Source: an uncultured Clostridia bacterium (lineage in GTDB: Bacteria; Bacillota; Clostridia; TANB77; CAG-508). From it: a DNA stretch of 64,000 bases. Made by a program: the position numbers and the translations under genes. Below, piece by piece: positions 59,701 to 64,000 of this stretch. Positions within the stretch are counted from its first letter, which is position 1; the number at the start of each line of letters is the position of its first letter. The notes beneath the pieces are model-generated. The model ran no database searches. It was not told where the DNA came from and was given only the letters and a program-made list of their open reading frames with translations. Location of the stretch: contig CANPZF010000005.1 of assembly GCA_947589015.1 (NCBI GenBank), positions 4,341 through 68,340 on the forward strand. Reading direction: 5' to 3'.

Positions 59701-60126
59701 CTAATTATTAAAATAATATGAATGTTCTGGATATCCACTAATTTGTACAGTAAAGCCTTGTTTTCCGTTTTTTGAAGTTGTTTCTATATTAAACTTTTCT
59801 ATTTTTTTTGCTATTTTTACATTGTTTTTATATAAAGATTTGTTTTCTTCTATATATGTGTATTGATTTCCACTACTAAAAGCTACCCACTTTTGATAAC
59901 CATCATTATCATTTATTTCAATTATTTTATTATCTTGTAAATTTGCTTCTTCAGTAAAAAATACATTAATATCTGTATATTGCTTGTCTAATTCAACATA
60001 ATTTCTAGAATTATTTATATTTCTATAAAAATATCGACTTAAAACAGCAACAATAGAAACTACTATTACCATGGCAATTACATATATTATTATAGAAATA
60101 AGTGTTATCCCTTTTTCAGATTTCAT
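59701..60126 (-). CDS. Minor pilin / pseudopilin-like protein.
   Basis: Prepilin-type N-terminus MKSEKGITLISIIIYVIAMVI, with Ser in place of Glu+5. Confidence 0.55.
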   Translation of the reverse strand: MKSEKGITLISIIIYVIAMVIVVSIVAVLSRYFYRNINNSRNYVELDKQYTDINVFFTEEANLQDNKIIEINDNDGYQKWVAFSSGNQYTYIEENKSLYKNNVKIAKKIEKFNIETTSKNGKQGFTVQISGYPEHSYYFNN

Positions 60127-60127
60127 T

Positions 60128-60535
60128 CTAATTCTCCTTTGTTCTTATTATTGAAATTTCCACACTTTTATCTTGATTTTGTGATTTATAGCTTACTTTC
60201 ACAACAACTTCTTTCACCACGCCACGTTCTTTATCACTATTTCCTTGCATGTCCGCATAATCTGTTACGATTATTTGTATATAATATGATGTATCTGTAC
60301 TATTTTCTTTATTATAGTATTCTTCTTTAGATTCTAAATCATCAAAATCGACTGTTTTTAAATCTTCTATTGTTGAAATGGCAATTTCTGTTGCTTTTTT
60401 CTTTCTGTCTATGTCTGTTGCAGTTACTCTTATTGAGTAAAATAACACTGCAATAATTGCTAAAAACATTGCAATTATAATTATAGATATTGTTATATCT
60501 ATTAAAGTGATTCCTTTTTCACTTTTTAAATTCAT
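60128..60535 (-). CDS. Minor pilin / pseudopilin-like protein.
   Basis: MNLKSEKGITLIDITISIIIIAMF prepilin-type leader and hydrophobic helix. Confidence 0.55.
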   Translation of the reverse strand: MNLKSEKGITLIDITISIIIIAMFLAIIAVLFYSIRVTATDIDRKKKATEIAISTIEDLKTVDFDDLESKEEYYNKENSTDTSYYIQIIVTDYADMQGNSDKERGVVKEVVVKVSYKSQNQDKSVEISIIRTKEN

Positions 60536-60547
60536 CAGTTATCCCCC

Positions 60548-61363
60548 TTATATAAAAAACTTATAATAGCTTAAAACAAAAATTAAATTTAATATATTAC
60601 AAATTGCCATTATAAATCCTACTCTTATATCCTTATAAACTTTTTTATCTGTCTTTTTACTTCTATTTTTTAAATTTTTTAATTTATATATAAGAATATA
60701 TATAGCTATAGATAATAATGTTAGAATTATTGTATTAAACATTATATATTGTCCTGTGAAAACTAACATCACTACTCCTGATAACGCAATATTATTTATG
60801 TAACTATTTTTAGCATATTTTCTAAGTGTTATTGTATCTAATATTAAGAAAATAATACAATATATTATATATATACCATATCTATATATATTAGCTTTTT
60901 CTACTATGCATAGATATATTATATATGCTAATGATATTATTATTCCATACATTACTACTGACTTTTCTATTTGTCTATTTTCATTATCTATTCCTGCTAT
61001 TATAAATATGAAACACAAATAAAGTGCTAAAAATGCACTGTTTGCAATTATTGATATATTTAAATTTTCTATACTTACATTCATTAAATATGCTATTAAT
61101 GTAAATATAATACCTGACATTATTTCTAAAATAAAATATCTTGGTCTTATTTTTTCTTTGCAGTATCTGCATTTTCCTCCTAGTATTATATAACTAAATA
61201 CAGGTATTAAATCTAATGTTCCTAATTTATGATTACAATTAGGACAATATGAATGGGTATGTACTATATCTTGCTTTTTTGGTATTCTATAAACAGCAAG
61301 TGTAAAAAAGCTCCCAAAAAATGTTCCCATTATAAATATTAATATATATAGAAATATATCCAT
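60548..61363 (-). CDS. pilD: Prepilin peptidase (A24 family).
   Basis: N-terminal tetracysteine CPNC...CRYC, eight TM segments, conserved Asp residues. Confidence 0.8.
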   Translation of the reverse strand: MDIFLYILIFIMGTFFGSFFTLAVYRIPKKQDIVHTHSYCPNCNHKLGTLDLIPVFSYIILGGKCRYCKEKIRPRYFILEIMSGIIFTLIAYLMNVSIENLNISIIANSAFLALYLCFIFIIAGIDNENRQIEKSVVMYGIIISLAYIIYLCIVEKANIYRYGIYIIYCIIFLILDTITLRKYAKNSYINNIALSGVVMLVFTGQYIMFNTIILTLLSIAIYILIYKLKNLKNRSKKTDKKVYKDIRVGFIMAICNILNLIFVLSYYKFFI

Positions 61364-61388
61364 ATGTTTTGGTTTTCCTTTACTATTT

Positions 61389-61419
61389 TAAAATTTTAGC
61401 CATACACACTATGTGTGCG
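61389..61419. terminator. Hairpin downstream of the major pilin gene.
   Basis: AGCCATACACACtatGTGTGCGTATGGCT, followed by an A/U-rich tract on the minus strand. Confidence 0.45.
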
Positions 61420-61453
61420 TATGGCTTATCATATATTCACTGTATAACGTTAT

Positions 61454-61879
61454 CTAGTCCGTTGTCATAGAAGCAGCAGGAACTGGATCAGACCAATCTA
61501 TACTTCCTGATGTACCAATTGTACCAATAACTCCTGTCCCATCTTTATATTTTGGCTCAATAACAATCTTAGTTTTACCAACATAATATAATCCCTCAAC
61601 TGATACTAATTTTGATTTAACATAGTCAGATATAGTTTTATCATCAAAGTCACTATTAGTATATTTTTCCTCGTAATAATCTCCTATAATTTCATCTACT
61701 TTTAAATCTGCTTGTTCTTTTGCTTCTTTAACTTTTGTATTAGAACCAGCTCTTGCAGCTTGATTTAATATTCCATTATCTCCTGAAAGCATTGCAATGC
61801 TTACTCCAGCTAAAATTAATAATACTATAATTGTGATAACTAATGCTATCAATGTAATACCTTTTTGATTTTTCATCAT
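61454..61879 (-). CDS. pilA: Type IV major pilin.
   Basis: MMKNQKGITLIALVITIIVLLILAGVSIAML class-III signal and hydrophobic alpha1 helix. A terminator hairpin follows. Confidence 0.7.
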   Translation of the reverse strand: MMKNQKGITLIALVITIIVLLILAGVSIAMLSGDNGILNQAARAGSNTKVKEAKEQADLKVDEIIGDYYEEKYTNSDFDDKTISDYVKSKLVSVEGLYYVGKTKIVIEPKYKDGTGVIGTIGTSGSIDWSDPVPAASMTTD

Positions 61880-62002
61880 TTTAAATCCTCCTAAATTTAT
61901 TTTCTTTTATAATTTCTACATCCTAATTTTATACATTCTTCTTAAGTTTTCTTTCTTATTCCTCCTTTTCTTTAGAATTATATATAAATGTTAATAACAA
62001 AA

Positions 62003-62434
62003 TTATTTAGTTCCCTTATCATTAAACAAACGTCCTTCTGAATTATTAGTTGTTGGATTGTTTGGTATTGTTGTTCCTGCTGAACTACTAGCAGAACCAG
62101 AAGAACCTGAGCTAGCATTTCCAGAACTTGCTCCTGAATTACCTGCTTCATATGTTGAAAAAGGGTTTTTCTTTCCTGGAACATAATTATTTATTCTTTT
62201 ATAATTATTTAAATCTGTAGAATCTACTTGATAAGTTAGAATAACTTGTGTTGTATCTACTTCTTCAGATTTACTTAATTCTGATTTTACTTCTTCTGAC
62301 GTGGTATATGAAACTTTTTCTGGAACCAATTGATTACTTGGTACATATTCATATAATAATACACCTAGTATTAATATTATAGCCAAACATAATAATAATA
62401 CTATAATAATTTCCTTTATTACTTTTTTAGCCAT
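62003..62434 (-). CDS. Small single-pass membrane protein, part of the pilus operon (PilP-like?).
   Basis: N-terminal TM, S/G-rich C-terminal low-complexity segment. Confidence 0.45.
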   Translation of the reverse strand: MAKKVIKEIIIVLLLCLAIILILGVLLYEYVPSNQLVPEKVSYTTSEEVKSELSKSEEVDTTQVILTYQVDSTDLNNYKRINNYVPGKKNPFSTYEAGNSGASSGNASSGSSGSASSSAGTTIPNNPTTNNSEGRLFNDKGTK

Positions 62435-62452
62435 AAAACTTTCTCCTTTTTA

Positions 62453-63175
62453 TTATTCACTAGTATTTGTTGTATTTTCCTTTGATGTATTTGAAGTATT
62501 AGTTGATGTTGTATTTGTCGTATTAGTTGTGTTTGTTGTATTTGTATCATCTGAATCACTTGATGAACTTGTAGCAGCTTTAGAAGCGCTTTGTGAAACA
62601 TCTACTATTTCTATATTTCTACAAGTAAAAGTAGTATATAAAGTATTTGTTGTTATACCTGGTTCCATTTTAAAATCTTCAATTTTAAAACCTAAAGATG
62701 AATCATTTTCTATATTATATATATAATTAGTTATGCCCACATAATCACCAGTAACTGTGAAATTCAAATTATACATTCCTTCTGCATTCCCATTTGCTAA
62801 ATCAATTTTAATTTCTACACCTTCTGAAGTAGCATGATTTCCTAGTTGTACCCATAGACGTTCAATTTCATATTTTTCAAATTGATTTGCTGATTGTACT
62901 TCTTCACTTGAACTAACACTTGTCATTTGTTCATAATTTTGTTTTTCACTAGTTAATTTTTTTAAATTTGTATTTATTTCATCGTTCTTTTTTGGATAAT
63001 CTATTGTTTTCAATTTAGTAGCTACATCTACTGTATCTTGTAGTTGCTTGCTCTTATCTCTAATGCCTTGAATTCCTAATATTACAAAATTACCAATTTG
63101 AACACCTTTAACTGCCGTATATGCAGTCAAAATGAAAATCAAAGTTATTAAAATTAGTATTAATAATTTTTTCAT
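62453..63175 (-). CDS. PilO-like pilus assembly membrane protein with a C-terminal T/N/S-rich tail.
   Basis: N-terminal TM, coiled segment, C-terminal TNTTNTTNTTNTTS repeats. Its position after pilMN matches pilO. Confidence 0.5.
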   Translation of the reverse strand: MKKLLILILITLIFILTAYTAVKGVQIGNFVILGIQGIRDKSKQLQDTVDVATKLKTIDYPKKNDEINTNLKKLTSEKQNYEQMTSVSSSEEVQSANQFEKYEIERLWVQLGNHATSEGVEIKIDLANGNAEGMYNLNFTVTGDYVGITNYIYNIENDSSLGFKIEDFKMEPGITTNTLYTTFTCRNIEIVDVSQSASKAATSSSSDSDDTNTTNTTNTTNTTSTNTSNTSKENTTNTSE

Positions 63176-64000
63176 GGTAAATCTCCTTCTATTTTTACAC
63201 TAATAACGTTATTTTCTTTTTCTCCAGCTGTTGATATTACATTGTTTAATATTACATCTGTCTTAATTTGAGCTTTTAAATATCCTAATGGTTCATATTT
63301 ATTTGATTGTGCATATATCTCTATATGTCTATTATTTGTATTTTGAATAGAAGTTAATTGAACATTTTCAGGTATAATTGTCATTAATTGGTTTAATAAA
63401 TTAGGAATTGCATTTCTCGTTTTATTTGCATCTGTAATTCTATCATTAATTTCTTGTAAATTTTCAATTAATGCAGTATATTCGCTAGTTTTTTTCTTTA
63501 TTTTTGAATTATCTGCTTCTGCAAGTGCAATTTGTGAATTTGTATAATTTATATAATCATTTGCTTCTTCTTCTTTTTTATCAATTTGTTTATTTAATAG
63601 TGCCGAAAATCCACTATATATTATAAATAATAGTAATAAGCCTACTGCTGTTCTTAATAATCCAATTTCTGTTGCATCTAATTTTTGTCCTAAGTCGTTT
63701 GTAAAAAAGCCTCCTAAATTCTTTTTTTGATTTGGTGTTTTGTCTGGATTAACTTCTATTTTTAACCAATCTGGAATTTTATCTGTAAAAAGTTGTTTTT
63801 TAAAGTTCATGCCTGGAATTCCTTCTCCAAGTCCATCCATTGCTAAAGCTAATGCGGAATTAACTTCAATATAATCTCTTATGCTTATATTTTCTGTTGG
63901 CTGTATAAAATATGGTTTTAATATTTCGCAGTCTACTTCTGATAAATATTCCTGAAAATATAAATCTATATTATTAATTACTGTTGCAGTTCCTGTAAGA
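63172..64000 (-). CDS. pilMN: PilM-PilN fusion protein. The C-terminal (PilN) part and the end of PilM lie within the window; the rest is cut off at the window end.
   Basis: The reading frame stays open from the window edge through ...EVNSALALAMDGLGEGIPGMNFKKQLF into the PilN-like single-TM protein. There is no stop between the PilM-like and PilN-like parts. Confidence 0.6.
   Translation of the reverse strand, partial: LTGTATVINNIDLYFQEYLSEVDCEILKPYFIQPTENISIRDYIEVNSALALAMDGLGEGIPGMNFKKQLFTDKIPDWLKIEVNPDKTPNQKKNLGGFFTNDLGQKLDATEIGLLRTAVGLLLLFIIYSGFSALLNKQIDKKEEEANDYINYTNSQIALAEADNSKIKKKTSEYTALIENLQEINDRITDANKTRNAIPNLLNQLMTIIPENVQLTSIQNTNNRHIEIYAQSNKYEPLGYLKAQIKTDVILNNVISTAGEKENNVISVKIEGDLP

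Noticed and set aside
1-64000. Searched for CRISPR arrays, tRNA or rRNA genes, transposases and integrases.
   Set aside because: No regularly spaced direct repeats, no cloverleaf-like GC-rich 75-90-nt segments, and no transposase or integrase-like ORFs were seen.

Overview
AT-rich chromosomal window from a low-GC Firmicute, with Clostridium-like codon usage and gene content. Nearly all genes lie on the minus strand. No rRNA, tRNA or CRISPR array was recognised.

In coordinate order the window holds: the 5' end of recA, which carries an apparent frameshift; a frameshifted family-5 peptide-binding lipoprotein gene; a HAD-type 5'-nucleotidase; a surface-anchored protein with five 33-bp tandem repeats; a 2031-aa secreted M60-like (enhancin-type) zinc metallopeptidase that has an internal type-I dockerin; feoA-feoB split by a palindromic insert; asd; a small membrane protein; glmM; a roughly 27-kb capsular/exopolysaccharide locus (about 15.8-42.6 kb); argS; a deoD-type nucleoside phosphorylase; greA; pgsA; ctpA; two tandem coiled-coil M23 peptidases behind ftsE-ftsX; a hypothetical protein; an orphan transketolase C-terminal subunit; ROK glucokinase; and a type IV pilus locus (pilC, pilT, pilB, two minor pilins, pilD, pilA, two small membrane proteins, and a pilM-pilN fusion running off the window end).

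The capsule locus reads, on the minus strand: LCP, VanZ, CapD-like dehydratase, initiating phosphotransferase, a degraded epimerase, four glycosyltransferases, Wzy, pyruvyl transferase, Wzx, an epimerase, an FrhB-like/acetyltransferase fusion, a six-gene acyl module, a polytopic membrane protein, then a 460-bp spacer and cpsC-cpsD-cpsB.

The most interesting candidate is that six-gene module: FkbH-like loader, carrier protein, hotdog dehydratase, SDR reductase, MBOAT, DltD-like protein. It is built on the logic of the Dlt D-alanylation machinery but is predicted to put a glycolysis-derived C3 acyl group (glyceryl, pyruvoyl or lactyl) onto the polysaccharide. A (GT)10 dinucleotide repeat sits inside its dehydratase gene and is a plausible phase-variation switch.

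Other leads are: a roughly 130-bp GC-rich palindrome built from tandem 11-12-bp units between pilC and glcK; a predicted cohesin/dockerin pairing between the repeat-bearing surface protein and the M60 peptidase; a roughly 30-nt motif present twice in the promoter regions around deoD and greA; and a palindromic insert between feoA and feoB.

All calls come from reading the translated ORFs and the DNA by eye. No database search was run.
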